Notes: generated by a model not told the origin, from the sequence alone. A stretch of DNA of 64,000 nt from Escherichia coli (GCF_044324785.1 NZ_CP172127.1), one strand, 5' to 3'; positions 44,938 through 57,057 are shown, counted from the first letter of the stretch. Made by a program: numbers and translations.

Positions 44938-46651
44938 ACTCCACTTCCTGCCAGTTTTTCCGCTTACTGGTTTTACCGATCCCCGGATTCATACTGTTGG
45001 TCGGATCGTTCTCGCGATAAAACTTCTGCAACGTCTCCGGTGCTTTATACAAATGACCGACGTTATGCTCGGCAGGGTATTGCGCGCCGCGCTGCTGTAG
45101 CAGTTCCAGCATCTGTTCTTTCAACGCATGCACATCCACGCCTTTTTTAACGATGTAATCCTGATGGAAGACATAGCACATAAAATGGCCGTAATAGAGC
45201 TTGTGCACCAGTTGGCTGTCGATCTCCGGCGGTAAATGCTCATACCACTCGGTGTCGTTACGCCGCAGAGCGATATCCAGTGCCAGAATGTCTTCGACTT
45301 CATCGGAATGCACCGCCTGATAACGAATTGCTGCGCCCGCAGCGGCGAAACGGTGTAAAAACGCTTTGCTACCTTCCTCCGGCGTACAGACAAAGAAATC
45401 GCCTTCGGCCTGTTTGAAATAATCCACCAGCCACGATTTGGCTTCACCGACGCCATCGCCCGCCATTTTTAACAGCAGATGATGTTCGTATTTATCGCGC
45501 CAGTTTTTCATGCGCGGCGGTAAATGGCTGGGGAACAGGTGACCGAATTTTTGCATCGCACGGTCGGTAAAATGCGGACGGAAGAATTTCACTTTCTCCA
45601 GCATCGCATCGGTGCGCCCCTTGAGATTAAAGAAGAACGGCATCTTGTCGGTGCCTAACTTATCAATCATCAGGAAGGTGTCTTTGCCGTATTTTTCCGC
45701 AATATCGTAGATATCCCGGTGCATATATTCCCCGGCAACCGGCAGATTTTCGAAATTAGCCAGAATATGACGGCGGATTTCTGTCAGTACTTCCGGCTGG
45801 TTGGTGCCGATATAAAACACCTGCTGATTTTTTTCCGCTTCGAAGGTATCAAGACGTACCGCAAAGACGGCCAGCTTCCCGGCGCAACCAGAAGATTCAA
45901 ATAACCGATCCGGATCGGCGTTATAACGTGCGGGCGTGTCGGCTTCAATATCACGAACGCGGTGGACATAGTCATAATCGTGGGCGTGACGACCATCGTG
46001 GCGCACATCGTCATCTTTGATGCGATCGTCATCCAGCTTGCTAAGGATCTGCTCCGGCGTTTCGCCCAGATCAATCCCCAGATGGTTCACCAGCGTCAGT
46101 TTGCCGTCTTCATTTATACGCGCGAATAACGACATTTCGGTATACGCCGGGCCACGCTGCACCAGCGAGCCGCCGGAGTTGTTACAAATACCGCCGATGA
46201 CCGATGCGCCTATACACGATGATCCAATCACCGAGTGCGGTTCGCGTCCCAGCGGTTTGAGGGCTTTTTCCAGCGAATAAAGCGTGGTGCCCGGGTAGGC
46301 CAGCACCTGTTCGCCCTTGCCGAGAACGTGCAGCTTGTCGAGACGCAGGGTGCTGATGATCACGATATCGCGATCATAGTCGTTACCGTTTGGCGTCGAT
46401 CCTTCGGTCAGGCCTGTATTGGCAGCCTGCATCAGAATAATTTTGTCGGCGGTGACGCAGGCTTTCAGCACCCGCCACAATTCCAGTAGTGAGCCAGGGA
46501 AAACGACAGCCAGCGCGTCGCCCTGACCAGAACGGAAGCCCTTGCGATAGCGGGCCGTTTTTGCGGGATCGGTGAGCAGGTGTGAATGACCGACCAGACG
46601 GGCAAGTTCATTCAAAAAGGCTTTATTATCAGTTGTTGTCATGGAAGACAT
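44936..46651 (-). CDS. dld: FAD-dependent respiratory D-lactate dehydrogenase
   Basis: 571 aa from ATG at 46651 (MSSMTTTDNK...). Confidence 0.9.
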   Translation of the reverse strand: MSSMTTTDNKAFLNELARLVGHSHLLTDPAKTARYRKGFRSGQGDALAVVFPGSLLELWRVLKACVTADKIILMQAANTGLTEGSTPNGNDYDRDIVIISTLRLDKLHVLGKGEQVLAYPGTTLYSLEKALKPLGREPHSVIGSSCIGASVIGGICNNSGGSLVQRGPAYTEMSLFARINEDGKLTLVNHLGIDLGETPEQILSKLDDDRIKDDDVRHDGRHAHDYDYVHRVRDIEADTPARYNADPDRLFESSGCAGKLAVFAVRLDTFEAEKNQQVFYIGTNQPEVLTEIRRHILANFENLPVAGEYMHRDIYDIAEKYGKDTFLMIDKLGTDKMPFFFNLKGRTDAMLEKVKFFRPHFTDRAMQKFGHLFPSHLPPRMKNWRDKYEHHLLLKMAGDGVGEAKSWLVDYFKQAEGDFFVCTPEEGSKAFLHRFAAAGAAIRYQAVHSDEVEDILALDIALRRNDTEWYEHLPPEIDSQLVHKLYYGHFMCYVFHQDYIVKKGVDVHALKEQMLELLQQRGAQYPAEHNVGHLYKAPETLQKFYRENDPTNSMNPGIGKTSKRKNWQEVE

Positions 46652-46846
46652 TTTCCACTCCTTGTGGTGGCGAAAAAATATCACAAACTAGAATAGCGCC
46701 TTGTATGACAATTCAGCGAGTGAATATTTTGAAAATTCAGACAATAAACTGAGCATTCTTTTTCTCTCTCCACCATGCTTATGGCAAACTACGGTTTTTG
46801 CACCATTTTCGCTGCCACGTCGGGCAACAAAGGAAGAAAAATCCAT

Positions 46847-49144
46847 ATGAAATGGCTATGTTCAGTAGGAATCGCGGTGAGTCTGGCCCTGCAGCCAGCA
46901 CTGGCGGATGATTTATTCGGTAACCATCCATTAACGCCTGAAGCGCGGGATGCGTTCGTCACCGAACTGCTTAAGAAAATGACAGTTGATGAGAAAATTG
47001 GTCAGCTGCGCTTAATCAGCGTCGGCCCGGATAACCCGAAAGAGGCGATCCGCGAGATGATCAAAGACGGTCAGGTTGGGGCGATTTTCAACACCGTAAC
47101 CCGTCAGGATATCCGCGCCATGCAGGATCAGGTGATGGAATTAAGCCGCCTGAAAATTCCTCTTTTCTTTGCTTACGACGTGCTGCACGGTCAGCGCACG
47201 GTGTTCCCGATTAGCCTCGGTCTGGCCTCGTCTTTTAACCTCGATGCGGTGAAAACGGTCGGACGTGTCTCTGCTTATGAAGCGGCAGATGATGGCCTGA
47301 ATATGACCTGGGCACCAATGGTCGATGTTTCGCGCGATCCGCGCTGGGGACGTGCTTCCGAAGGTTTTGGCGAAGATACGTATCTCACCTCAATAATGGG
47401 TAAAACCATGGTGGAAGCGATGCAGGGTAAAAGCCCGGCAGATCGCTACTCAGTGATGACCAGCGTCAAACACTTTGCCGCTTACGGCGCGGTAGAAGGC
47501 GGTAAAGAGTACAACACCGTCGATATGAGTCCGCAGCGCCTGTTTAATGATTATATGCCGCCGTACAAAGCGGGGCTGGACGCAGGCAGCGGCGCGGTGA
47601 TGGTGGCGCTGAACTCGCTGAACGGCACGCCAGCCACCTCCGACTCCTGGCTGCTGAAAGATGTTCTGCGCGACCAGTGGGGCTTTAAAGGCATCACCGT
47701 TTCCGATCACGGCGCAATCAAAGAGCTGATTAAACATGGCACGGCGGCAGACCCGGAAGATGCGGTGCGCGTGGCGCTGAAATCCGGCATCAACATGAGT
47801 ATGAGCGACGAGTATTACTCGAAGTATCTGCCTGGGTTGATCAAATCCGGCAAAGTGACGATGGCAGAGCTGGACGACGCTGCCCGCCATGTACTGAACG
47901 TTAAATATGATATGGGGTTGTTTAACGACCCATACAGCCATTTGGGGCCGAAAGAGTCTGACCCGGTTGACACCAATGCCGAAAGCCGCTTGCACCGCAA
48001 AGAAGCACGTGAAGTGGCGCGTGAAAGCCTGGTGTTGCTGAAAAACCGTCTCGAAACGCTGCCGCTGAAAAAATCTGCAACCATTGCGGTGGTTGGCCCG
48101 CTGGCAGACAGCAAGCGTGACGTGATGGGTAGCTGGTCCGCAGCCGGTGTCGCCGATCAATCTGTTACTGTGCTAACAGGGATTAAAAATGCCGTCGGTG
48201 AAAACGGTAAAGTGCTGTATGCCAAAGGGGCGAACGTTACCAGTGACAAAGGCATTATCGATTTCCTGAATCAGTATGAAGAAGCGGTCAAAGTCGATCC
48301 GCGTTCGCCGCAAGAGATGATTGATGAAGCGGTGCAGACCGCGAAACAATCTGATGTGGTGGTGGCTGTGGTCGGTGAAGCTCAGGGGATGGCGCACGAG
48401 GCTTCCAGCCGTACCGATATTACTATTCCGCAAAGCCAACGTGACTTGATTGCGGCGCTGAAAGCCACTGGTAAACCGCTGGTTCTGGTGCTGATGAATG
48501 GGCGTCCGCTGGCGCTGGTGAAAGAAGATCAGCAGGCTGATGCGATTCTGGAAACCTGGTTTGCGGGTACGGAAGGGGGTAATGCGATTGCCGATGTATT
48601 GTTTGGCGATTACAACCCGTCCGGCAAGCTGCCGATGTCCTTCCCGCGTTCTGTCGGGCAGATCCCGGTGTACTACAGTCATCTGAATACCGGTCGCCCG
48701 TATAATGCCGACAAGCCGAACAAATACACTTCGCGTTATTTTGATGAAGCTAACGGGGCGCTTTATCCGTTCGGCTATGGTCTGAGCTATACCACTTTCA
48801 CCGTCTCTGATGTGAAACTTTCTGCGCCGACCATGAAGCGTGACGGCAAAGTGACCGCCAGCGTGCAGGTGACGAACACCGGTAAGCGCGAAGGGGCGAC
48901 GGTAGTGCAGATGTACCTGCAGGATGTGACGGCTTCTATGAGTCGCCCGGTGAAACAACTGAAAGGTTTTGAGAAAATCACCCTGAAACCGGGCGAAACT
49001 CAGACCGTCAGCTTCCCGATTGATATCGAGGCGCTGAAGTTCTGGAATCAACAGATGAAATATGACGCCGAGCCTGGCAAGTTCAATGTCTTTATCGGCA
49101 CTGATTCCGCACGCGTTAAGAAAGGCGAGTTTGAGTTGCTGTAA
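46847..49144 (+). CDS. bglX: Periplasmic beta-glucosidase (GH3)
   Basis: 765 aa from ATG at 46847 (SD aggaag); signal peptide MKWLCSVGIAVSLALQPALA. Confidence 0.92.
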   Translation: MKWLCSVGIAVSLALQPALADDLFGNHPLTPEARDAFVTELLKKMTVDEKIGQLRLISVGPDNPKEAIREMIKDGQVGAIFNTVTRQDIRAMQDQVMELSRLKIPLFFAYDVLHGQRTVFPISLGLASSFNLDAVKTVGRVSAYEAADDGLNMTWAPMVDVSRDPRWGRASEGFGEDTYLTSIMGKTMVEAMQGKSPADRYSVMTSVKHFAAYGAVEGGKEYNTVDMSPQRLFNDYMPPYKAGLDAGSGAVMVALNSLNGTPATSDSWLLKDVLRDQWGFKGITVSDHGAIKELIKHGTAADPEDAVRVALKSGINMSMSDEYYSKYLPGLIKSGKVTMAELDDAARHVLNVKYDMGLFNDPYSHLGPKESDPVDTNAESRLHRKEAREVARESLVLLKNRLETLPLKKSATIAVVGPLADSKRDVMGSWSAAGVADQSVTVLTGIKNAVGENGKVLYAKGANVTSDKGIIDFLNQYEEAVKVDPRSPQEMIDEAVQTAKQSDVVVAVVGEAQGMAHEASSRTDITIPQSQRDLIAALKATGKPLVLVLMNGRPLALVKEDQQADAILETWFAGTEGGNAIADVLFGDYNPSGKLPMSFPRSVGQIPVYYSHLNTGRPYNADKPNKYTSRYFDEANGALYPFGYGLSYTTFTVSDVKLSAPTMKRDGKVTASVQVTNTGKREGATVVQMYLQDVTASMSRPVKQLKGFEKITLKPGETQTVSFPIDIEALKFWNQQMKYDAEPGKFNVFIGTDSARVKKGEFELL

Positions 49145-49154
49145 TGCTTTAGTA

Positions 49155-49177
49155 AGGGCGCGACGTCTGCGCCCTTT
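49155..49177 (+). terminator. Terminator hairpin after bglX (gggcgc-gacgtct-gcgccc then ttt)
   Basis: GC stem 11 nt after the bglX stop. Confidence 0.5.
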
Positions 49178-49292
49178 AAGTATTTATCTGATTCTGCAAC
49201 TGAATCCGCCCAGACAGGCTAACCCTGTCATTATCAACTATGCTTTTCTCTTAATTCGCTGAAAACAACAGTAAAAGAATGAGGAAAGCATC

Positions 49293-50210
49293 ATGCCACT
49301 CTCAAAGCTCTGGGCAGGTTCATTGGTTTTGTTGGCAGCCGTGAGCCTGCCGCTACAGGCGGCTTCCCCCGTTAAGGTCGGTTCAAAAATCGATACCGAA
49401 GGCGCGCTGCTCGGCAACATTATTTTGCAAGTGCTGGAAAGCCACGGCGTACCAACGGTCAATAAAGTGCAACTTGGAACGACTCCTGTGGTGCGCGGGG
49501 CGATCACTTCCGGTGAACTGGATATCTATCCGGAATATACCGGCAATGGGGCGTTCTTCTTTAAAGATGAAAACGATGCTGCGTGGAAAAATGCCGGGCA
49601 AGGCTACGAGAAAGTCAAAAAGCTCGATGCAGAGCAAAACAAGTTAATCTGGCTGACGCCTGCGCCTGCAAATAACACCTGGACCATCGCCGTGCGTCAG
49701 GATGTGGCAGAGAAAAACAAACTCACTTCGCTTGCTGACCTGAGTCGTTATCTGAAAGACGGTGGCACCTTCAAACTGGCTGCCTCAGCAGAATTTATTG
49801 AACGCGCCGATGCGTTACCCGCGTTTGAAAAAGCCTATGGCTTTAAGCTCGGTCAGGATCAGTTGCTGTCACTGGCTGGTGGCGATACGGCAGTGACGAT
49901 CAAAGCCGCTGCTCAGCAAACCTCTGGCGTTAATGCCGCAATGGCTTACGGTACCGACGGTCCGGTCGCGGCGCTGGGGCTGCAAACTTTAAGCGATCCG
50001 CAAGGCGTGCAACCTATCTACGCGCCTGCACCAGTGGTGCGTGAGTCGGTGTTGAAGGAGTATCCGCAAATGGCACAGTGGCTACAGCCAGTCTTCGCCA
50101 GCCTCGATGAAAAAACATTGCAGCAACTGAATGCCAGCATTGCTGTGGAAGGACTGTATGCCAAAAAAGTGGCTGCCGACTACCTGAAACAAAAAGGGTG
50201 GACGAAGTAA
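49293..50210 (+). CDS. osmF: Periplasmic glycine betaine-binding protein of an osmoprotectant ABC transporter
   Basis: 305 aa with signal peptide; first gene of a 4-gene ABC operon. Confidence 0.9.
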   Translation: MPLSKLWAGSLVLLAAVSLPLQAASPVKVGSKIDTEGALLGNIILQVLESHGVPTVNKVQLGTTPVVRGAITSGELDIYPEYTGNGAFFFKDENDAAWKNAGQGYEKVKKLDAEQNKLIWLTPAPANNTWTIAVRQDVAEKNKLTSLADLSRYLKDGGTFKLAASAEFIERADALPAFEKAYGFKLGQDQLLSLAGGDTAVTIKAAAQQTSGVNAAMAYGTDGPVAALGLQTLSDPQGVQPIYAPAPVVRESVLKEYPQMAQWLQPVFASLDEKTLQQLNASIAVEGLYAKKVAADYLKQKGWTK

Positions 50211-50216
50211 TTTCCC

Positions 50217-51374
50217 GTGACTTATTTCCGTATTAATCCTGTTCTGGCGCTGCTGCTGTTGCTGACGGCAATCGCAGCGGCGCTGCCGTTTATCAGTTAC
50301 GCGCCTAATCGTTTAGTTTCGGGTGAGGGGCGTCATCTCTGGCAGCTGTGGCCGCAAACGATCTGGATGCTGGTGGGCGTTGGTTGCGCCTGGATGACAG
50401 CCTGTTTTATTCCCGCTAAAAAAGGCAGCATTTTTGCACTCATTCTGGCGCAATTCGTCTTCGTATTGCTGGTGTGGGGAGCAGGAAAGGCGGCGACACA
50501 ACTGGCACAAAATGGCAGTGCGCTGGCGCGTACCAGCCTCGGCAGTGGTTTCTGGCTGGCTGCGGCGCTGGCATTGCTGGCCTGTAGCGATGCCATCCGC
50601 CGAATCTCCACGCATCCGCTGTGGCGCTGGTTGTTGCATATGCAGATTGCCATCATTCCGCTGTGGTTGCTGTACTCCGGCACGCTTAACGATCTCTCGC
50701 TAATGAAAGAATACGCCAACCGTCAGGATGTGTTTGACGACGCGCTGGCACAACATCTGACGTTGCTGTTTGGTGCGGTGCTGCCTGCGTTAGTGATTGG
50801 TGTGCCGTTGGGCATCTGGTGCTACTTTTCCACCGCGCGGCAGGGGGCGATTTTTTCTCTGCTCAATGTCATTCAGACCGTGCCTTCGGTGGCGCTCTTT
50901 GGCCTGTTGATTGCGCCGCTTGCCTCGCTGGTTACGGCCTTTCCGTGGCTGGGTAAGCTCGGCATAGCAGGAACCGGAATGACACCCGCACTGATTGCGC
51001 TGGTGCTCTATGCCTTGCTGCCGCTGGTGCGCGGCGTGGTAGTCGGCTTGAACCAGATCCCGCGCGATGTGCTGGAGAGCGCCAGAGCGATGGGCATGAG
51101 CGGGGCGCAGCGATTCCTGCATGTTCAGTTACCGCTGGCGTTACCGGTATTTCTGCGTAGCCTGCGGGTAGTGATGGTGCAAACCGTCGGCATGGCGGTG
51201 ATTGCGGCGTTAATCGGTGCAGGCGGTTTTGGGGCGCTGGTTTTCCAGGGGCTGCTAAGCAGCGCCATTGATTTAGTATTGCTGGGGGTGATCCCGGTAA
51301 TTGTTCTGGCGGTGCTGATCGATGCGCTGTTCGATTTGCTTATCGCACTGCTGAAGGTGAAACGTAATGATTGA
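50217..51374 (+). CDS. yehY: ABC transporter permease
   Basis: 385 aa polytopic permease. Confidence 0.88.
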   Translation: MTYFRINPVLALLLLLTAIAAALPFISYAPNRLVSGEGRHLWQLWPQTIWMLVGVGCAWMTACFIPAKKGSIFALILAQFVFVLLVWGAGKAATQLAQNGSALARTSLGSGFWLAAALALLACSDAIRRISTHPLWRWLLHMQIAIIPLWLLYSGTLNDLSLMKEYANRQDVFDDALAQHLTLLFGAVLPALVIGVPLGIWCYFSTARQGAIFSLLNVIQTVPSVALFGLLIAPLASLVTAFPWLGKLGIAGTGMTPALIALVLYALLPLVRGVVVGLNQIPRDVLESARAMGMSGAQRFLHVQLPLALPVFLRSLRVVMVQTVGMAVIAALIGAGGFGALVFQGLLSSAIDLVLLGVIPVIVLAVLIDALFDLLIALLKVKRND

Positions 51375-52293
51375 ATTTAGCCATGTCAGCAAACTGTTCG
51401 GCGCACAAAAAGCCGTTAACGATCTCAATCTCAATTTTCAGGAAGGGAGTTTTTCGGTGCTGATTGGTACATCAGGCTCCGGTAAATCCACCACTCTGAA
51501 AATGATTAACCGCCTGGTGGAGCATGACAGTGGCGTGATCCGCTTTGCCGGAGAAGAAATTCGCTCGCTGCCAGTGCTGGAGTTGCGCCGCCGGATGGGC
51601 TATGCCATTCAATCTATTGGCCTGTTTCCCCACTGGAGCGTGGCGCAAAATATTGCCACCGTGCCGCAATTACAAAAATGGTCACGGGCGCGGATCGACG
51701 ATCGTATCGACGAATTAATGGCGCTACTGGGGTTGGAGCCAAATTTGCGTGAGCGTTATCCGCATCAGCTTTCCGGTGGTCAGCAGCAACGTGTGGGAGT
51801 GGCGCGCGCACTGGCTGCCGATCCGCAAGTCTTACTGATGGATGAACCTTTTGGCGCACTGGACCCGGTAACGCGCGGCGCGTTGCAACAAGAGATGACG
51901 CGCATTCACCGTTTGCTGGGGCGCACTATTGTGCTGGTCACTCATGATATTGATGAGGCGCTACGGCTGGCAGAACATCTGGTATTGATGGATCACGGTG
52001 AAGTGGTGCAGCAGGGCAATCCGCTGACGATGCTGACTCGTCCGGCGAATGATTTTGTCCGCCAGTTTTTTGGGCATAGTGAACTGGGTGTCCGCCTGCT
52101 TTCGTTACGTAGTGTGGCGGATTACGTGCGTCGCGAAGAACGGGCAGAAGGTGAGGCACTGGCAGAAGAGATGACGCTACGCGATGCGCTCTCCCTGTTT
52201 GTCGCGCGGGGATGCGAGGTGCTGCCGGTGGTGAACACGCAGGGCCAGCCTTGCGGCACGCTGCATTTTCAGGATCTACTGGTGGAGGCGTAA
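51367..52293 (+). CDS. yehX: ABC transporter ATP-binding protein with C-terminal CBS-like domain
   Basis: 308 aa; Walker [13 protein letters not shown] signature LSGGQQQR. Confidence 0.9.
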   Translation: MIEFSHVSKLFGAQKAVNDLNLNFQEGSFSVLIGTSGSGKSTTLKMINRLVEHDSGVIRFAGEEIRSLPVLELRRRMGYAIQSIGLFPHWSVAQNIATVPQLQKWSRARIDDRIDELMALLGLEPNLRERYPHQLSGGQQQRVGVARALAADPQVLLMDEPFGALDPVTRGALQQEMTRIHRLLGRTIVLVTHDIDEALRLAEHLVLMDHGEVVQQGNPLTMLTRPANDFVRQFFGHSELGVRLLSLRSVADYVRREERAEGEALAEEMTLRDALSLFVARGCEVLPVVNTQGQPCGTLHFQDLLVEA

Positions 52294-52297
52294 GCGT

Positions 52298-53029
52298 ATG
52301 AAGATGTTGCGCGATCCGCTGTTCTGGCTCATTGCTTTGTTTGTGGCACTGATTTTCTGGCTGCCTTACAGCCAGCCGCTGTTTGCTGCCTTGTTCCCAC
52401 AACTGCCACGACCCGTTTATCAGCAGGAAAGCTTTGCAGCTCTGGCACTGGCTCATTTCTGGCTGGTGGGAATTTCGAGTTTGTTTGCGGTGATCATTGG
52501 CACTGGTGCAGGAATTATTGTTACTCGCCCGTGGGGCGCGGAATTTCGCCCACTGGTGGAAACTATTGCCGCCGTTGGGCAGACTTTTCCGCCCGTCGCG
52601 GTGCTGGCGATTGCCGTTCCGGTGATTGGGTTTGGTCTGCAACCCGCGATTATCGCCTTGATCCTTTACGGTGTGCTGCCCGTCCTACAGGCGACACTTG
52701 CCGGGCTGGGAGCGATTGATGCCAGCGTGACAGAAGTTGCGAAAGGTATGGGAATGAGTCGAGGTCAGCGACTGCGTAAGGTCGAGCTACCGCTGGCGGC
52801 TCCGGTGATTCTGGCGGGCGTGCGAACTTCGGTGATTATCAACATTGGTACGGCGACGATCGCCTCAACGGTAGGGGCCAGCACGCTGGGTATGCCCATC
52901 ATCATCGGGCTTAGCGGATTTAATACCGCGTATGTGATCCAGGGGGCGTTACTGGTGGCACTGGCGGCGATCATTGCAGACCGCCTGTTTGAAAGGCTGG
53001 TGCAGGCGCTTAGCCAGCACGCAAAATAA
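52298..53029 (+). CDS. yehW: ABC transporter permease
   Basis: 243 aa polytopic permease. Confidence 0.88.
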
Positions 53030-53117
53030 AGGTATAACCTGCGAGCATGACGCCACCAATTCCGCCTAACGCCATAAACAGGAACAGGGCGATGACCCCA
53101 ATTTTAGCTATGCGCAT
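53010..53117 (-). CDS. yohO: Small (35 aa) single-TM membrane protein, convergently overlapping the yehW 3' end by 20 nt
   Basis: Hand translation: [35 protein letters not shown]-stop; below the ORF-track cutoff; symbol from memory of K-12 small proteins. Confidence 0.6.
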
Positions 53118-53176
53118 AATGCACTCCTTATGTTAACGAAAGGATTGTACAGTAAAGCGCATTTGTTAACGAATCA

Positions 53177-53908
53177 TTAAATGCCGAGTGGGAAAATATC
53201 ATGGCCTTGTTCCTGCCAACTGGTAAGTTGCTGCTGTTGGGCAGAGGTTCGATTTTCACCGCACCACACCAGCAATGTACGGCCTTCGAACAGTTCAGGG
53301 CGTAGTTGATTGAGCGAGTGGGCGAGGACATCAATGCGCCATCCTTGTTGACTGGCAATCCAGCCCTCCAGCCACAGACGGGTGGTATCCTGAATATTCC
53401 AGCCAACTACCAGCGCATCTTTACCCTGTTTTTTACGCGCCGAAGCCAGACAAATGGCGATGTAGTTGATCAGTACGCCGTCGAGGATCGCCAGCAGCGC
53501 CTGGAGAGTCGGTTGTTGGCACTGAAGTCGTCGGCGCAGAGGAATAAACAGATGTGTGGTGAGCGTCTGGGCGGGGTAATCCTGACCGCGCTCTTTGATC
53601 CACGTTCGCAGGCTATGCAGATTGCCGCTTTGCAGGTAAGTCAGTAATGTTTCTTGCTGATCGCGCCAGCCGTTCTGCACATCAACATTTTCATTACTGA
53701 GCAGCATTTTAACTTTGCTAACCTGCACGCCGTTGTCGATCCAGCGTTTGATCTCGCGGATCCGGTCAATATCGGCATCATTGAACAGCCGATGACCGCC
53801 GTCTGTCCGTTGCGGTTTCAGCAATCCGTAACGCCTCTGCCACGCGCGTAACGTGACAGGGTTAATATCACAAAGCAACGCCACTTCACCAATTGTGTAA
53901 AGCGCCAT
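53177..53908 (-). CDS. mlrA: MerR-family transcriptional regulator (curli/csgD activator)
   Basis: 243 aa; N-terminal MerR HTH YTIGEVALLCDINPVTLRAWQRRYGL. Confidence 0.9.
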   Translation of the reverse strand: MALYTIGEVALLCDINPVTLRAWQRRYGLLKPQRTDGGHRLFNDADIDRIREIKRWIDNGVQVSKVKMLLSNENVDVQNGWRDQQETLLTYLQSGNLHSLRTWIKERGQDYPAQTLTTHLFIPLRRRLQCQQPTLQALLAILDGVLINYIAICLASARKKQGKDALVVGWNIQDTTRLWLEGWIASQQGWRIDVLAHSLNQLRPELFEGRTLLVWCGENRTSAQQQQLTSWQEQGHDIFPLGI

Positions 53909-54129
53909 CGTCTCACCCTTGCTCGCGAGGTCCCGGTTTAACTTTAGACGCAGTTTTGCGAACCAGGTAGTTTTGCCCGTTTTTTGTGCATCTATAGGGT
54001 GATTTTATTTTTGCCAGGCGATTTTGAGTGATCGTACTCACGAATTCTCATTTTTCTGCAAGAGTTCAAAGAAAGTTAAACGCAGGCAATGTATGTTACG
54101 CGTTTTAAAGGGAAGTGTGGTTTGCGGGT

Positions 54130-55815
54130 ATGTACGATTTTAATCTGGTGTTGCTGCTGCTTCAGCAGATGTGCGTTTTTTTAGTCATTGCGTGGTTAAT
54201 GAGTAAAACGCCATTATTCATACCGTTAATGCAGGTCACGGTTCGTCTGCCGCATAAATTTCTCTGCTACATCGTCTTTTCCATCTTCTGCATCATGGGC
54301 ACCTGGTTTGGGTTGCACATTGACGATTCTATTGCCAATACCCGTGCGATAGGCGCGGTAATGGGCGGCTTGCTCGGCGGTCCGGTCGTCGGTGGGCTGG
54401 TTGGTCTGACCGGCGGGTTACATCGATATTCGATGGGGGGCATGACCGCGCTAAGTTGCATGATCTCGACCATCGTTGAAGGATTGCTCGGCGGCCTGGT
54501 ACACAGCATCCTGATTCGTCGCGGGCGCACTGATAAAGTCTTTAACCCCATTACCGCCGGTGCCGTCACGTTCGTCGCTGAAATGGTGCAAATGTTGATC
54601 ATCCTGGCGATCGCCCGACCTTATGAAGATGCGGTGCGTCTGGTGAGTAATATTGCTGCGCCAATGATGGTCACCAATACCGTCGGCGCGGCGCTGTTTA
54701 TGCGTATATTGCTCGATAAACGCGCGATGTTTGAAAAATACACTTCGGCTTTTTCTGCTACTGCGCTGAAAGTGGCTGCCTCGACGGAAGGCATTTTGCG
54801 CCAGGGGTTTAACGAAGTGAACAGCATGAAAGTGGCACAGGTGCTGTATCAGGAGCTGGATATTGGTGCAGTCGCGATTACCGATCGAGAGAAATTGCTG
54901 GCCTTTACCGGAATTGGTGACGACCACCATTTACCCGGCAAACCGATTTCTTCGACTTATACCTTAAAAGCAATTGAAACCGGTGAAGTGGTCTACGCTG
55001 ATGGCAACGAAGTACCTTATCGTTGCTCTTTGCATCCGCAATGCAAACTGGGGTCGACGCTGGTAATTCCGTTGCGTGGCGAAAATCAGCGGGTGATGGG
55101 CACCATCAAATTGTATGAAGCCAAAAACCGTTTATTCAGTTCAATCAACCGCACGTTGGGTGAGGGGATTGCGCAACTGCTTTCGGCGCAGATCCTCGCC
55201 GGGCAATATGAGCGGCAAAAAGCGATGCTCACCCAGTCAGAGATCAAACTGCTTCACGCTCAGGTGAACCCCCATTTTTTGTTTAATGCGCTTAACACCA
55301 TTAAAGCGGTGATCCGTCGCGACAGCGAACAGGCCAGCCAGCTGGTGCAGTATCTTTCCACTTTTTTCCGCAAAAACTTAAAGCGGCCTTCGGAGTTTGT
55401 TACTCTCGCCGACGAAATTGAACATGTGAACGCTTATCTGCAAATTGAAAAGGCGCGCTTCCAGTCGCGGTTGCAGGTCAACATTGCTATTCCGCAAGAA
55501 TTATCCCAGCAGCAATTGCCCGCGTTTACCCTGCAACCGATAGTGGAAAACGCTATTAAACATGGGACATCACAACTGCTCGATACAGGGCGAGTGGCAA
55601 TCAGCGCCCGACGTGAGGGGCAACATTTGATGCTGGAGATCGAAGACAATGCCGGTTTGTATCAACCGGTAACCAATGCCAGTGGGCTGGGGATGAATCT
55701 GGTGGATAAGCGTTTACGTGAACGGTTTGGCGATGACTATGGGATAAGCGTCGCCTGTGAGCCTGATAGTTACACCCGAATAACGTTACGACTACCATGG
55801 AGGGACGAGGCATGA
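54130..55815 (+). CDS. btsS: LytS-type sensor histidine kinase (pyruvate sensing)
   Basis: 561 aa from ATG at 54130 (GTG at 54115 is an alternative); N-terminal polytopic sensor domain plus His-kinase H-box [15 protein letters not shown]. Confidence 0.88.
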   Translation: MYDFNLVLLLLQQMCVFLVIAWLMSKTPLFIPLMQVTVRLPHKFLCYIVFSIFCIMGTWFGLHIDDSIANTRAIGAVMGGLLGGPVVGGLVGLTGGLHRYSMGGMTALSCMISTIVEGLLGGLVHSILIRRGRTDKVFNPITAGAVTFVAEMVQMLIILAIARPYEDAVRLVSNIAAPMMVTNTVGAALFMRILLDKRAMFEKYTSAFSATALKVAASTEGILRQGFNEVNSMKVAQVLYQELDIGAVAITDREKLLAFTGIGDDHHLPGKPISSTYTLKAIETGEVVYADGNEVPYRCSLHPQCKLGSTLVIPLRGENQRVMGTIKLYEAKNRLFSSINRTLGEGIAQLLSAQILAGQYERQKAMLTQSEIKLLHAQVNPHFLFNALNTIKAVIRRDSEQASQLVQYLSTFFRKNLKRPSEFVTLADEIEHVNAYLQIEKARFQSRLQVNIAIPQELSQQQLPAFTLQPIVENAIKHGTSQLLDTGRVAISARREGQHLMLEIEDNAGLYQPVTNASGLGMNLVDKRLRERFGDDYGISVACEPDSYTRITLRLPWRDEA

Positions 55816-56531
55816 TTAAAGTCTTAATTGTCGATGATGAACCGTTAGCACGGGAGAACCTGCGCGTATTTTTGCAGGAGCAGAGCGATATTGAAATCGT
55901 TGGTGAGTGTTCAAACGCCGTGGAAGGGATCGGCGCGGTGCATAAACTGCGCCCGGATGTGCTGTTTCTTGATATCCAGATGCCGCGCATCAGTGGTCTG
56001 GAAATGGTGGGAATGCTCGACCCGGAACATCGTCCGTATATCGTTTTTCTCACCGCGTTTGATGAATACGCCATTAAAGCCTTTGAAGAACATGCCTTTG
56101 ATTATCTGCTGAAGCCAATTGATGAAGCGCGACTGGAGAAAACGCTGGCGCGATTGCGTCTGGAGCGCAGCAAGCAGGATGTTTCGCTGTTACCGGAAAA
56201 TCAACAGGCGCTGAAATTTATCCCTTGTACGGGGCATAGTCGGATTTATTTGCTGCAAATGAAAGATGTAGCATTTGTCAGCAGTCGGATGAGCGGTGTC
56301 TACGTTACCAGTCACGAAGGGAAAGAGGGCTTTACCGAACTGACATTACGTACCCTGGAGAGTCGTACACCACTACTACGCTGCCATCGTCAGTATCTGG
56401 TTAACCTCGCGCATTTACAGGAGATTCGTCTGGAAGATAACGGTCAGGCCGAGTTGATTTTGCGTAATGGCTTAACCGTGCCGGTCAGCCGTCGTTATCT
56501 GAAAAGCTTAAAAGAGGCGATTGGCCTGTAA
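55797..56531 (+). CDS. btsR: LytTR-family response regulator
   Basis: 244 aa; receiver domain [15 protein letters not shown] plus C-terminal LytTR DNA-binding domain; overlaps the btsS stop. Confidence 0.9.
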   Translation: MEGRGMIKVLIVDDEPLARENLRVFLQEQSDIEIVGECSNAVEGIGAVHKLRPDVLFLDIQMPRISGLEMVGMLDPEHRPYIVFLTAFDEYAIKAFEEHAFDYLLKPIDEARLEKTLARLRLERSKQDVSLLPENQQALKFIPCTGHSRIYLLQMKDVAFVSSRMSGVYVTSHEGKEGFTELTLRTLESRTPLLRCHRQYLVNLAHLQEIRLEDNGQAELILRNGLTVPVSRRYLKSLKEAIGL

Positions 56532-57048
56532 AAGACTGCTAAAATGGCTTTTTGCCTCATCAACACCTGAAGGCCTCATGCTAAGTAACGATATTCTGCG
56601 CAGCGTGCGCTACATTTTGAAAGCCAATAATAATGACCTGGTGCGTATTCTGGCGCTGGGTAATGTCGAAGCCACCGCGGAACAGATCGCCGTCTGGCTA
56701 CGTAAAGAAGACGAAGAGGGTTTTCAGCGTTGTCCGGACATTGTTTTGTCTTCCTTCCTCAATGGCCTAATTTATGAAAAACGCGGCAAGGATGAGTCTG
56801 CTCCGGCACTGGAGCCGGAACGTCGCATTAATAACAACATCGTGCTGAAAAAATTACGCATCGCGTTTTCGCTGAAAACCGATGACATTCTGGCGATCCT
56901 CACCGAACAGCAGTTCCGCGTTTCGATGCCGGAAATTACGGCGATGATGCGTGCACCGGATCATAAAAACTTCCGCGAATGCGGCGATCAATTTTTACGT
57001 TATTTTCTGCGTGGACTGGCAGCGCGCCAGCATGTGAAGAAAAGCTAA
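56521..57048 (+). CDS. yehS: DUF1456-family protein
   Basis: 175 aa. Confidence 0.8.
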   Translation: MACKRLLKWLFASSTPEGLMLSNDILRSVRYILKANNNDLVRILALGNVEATAEQIAVWLRKEDEEGFQRCPDIVLSSFLNGLIYEKRGKDESAPALEPERRINNNIVLKKLRIAFSLKTDDILAILTEQQFRVSMPEITAMMRAPDHKNFRECGDQFLRYFLRGLAARQHVKKS

Positions 57049-57057
57049 GACGGGTAT

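Noticed and set aside
47450-49051. Two long minus-strand ORFs (236 and 292 aa) inside bglX
   Set aside because: Antisense to the GH3 glucosidase frame; composition typical of non-coding reverse frames
51938-52642. 234-aa minus-strand ORF spanning the yehX/yehW junction
   Set aside because: Crosses two sense-strand ABC transporter genes; no plausible independent gene
53128-53406. 92-aa minus-strand ORF overlapping the 3' end of mlrA
   Set aside because: Same strand as mlrA in a different frame, extending downstream of the mlrA stop (53177); no RBS; mlrA is the supported frame
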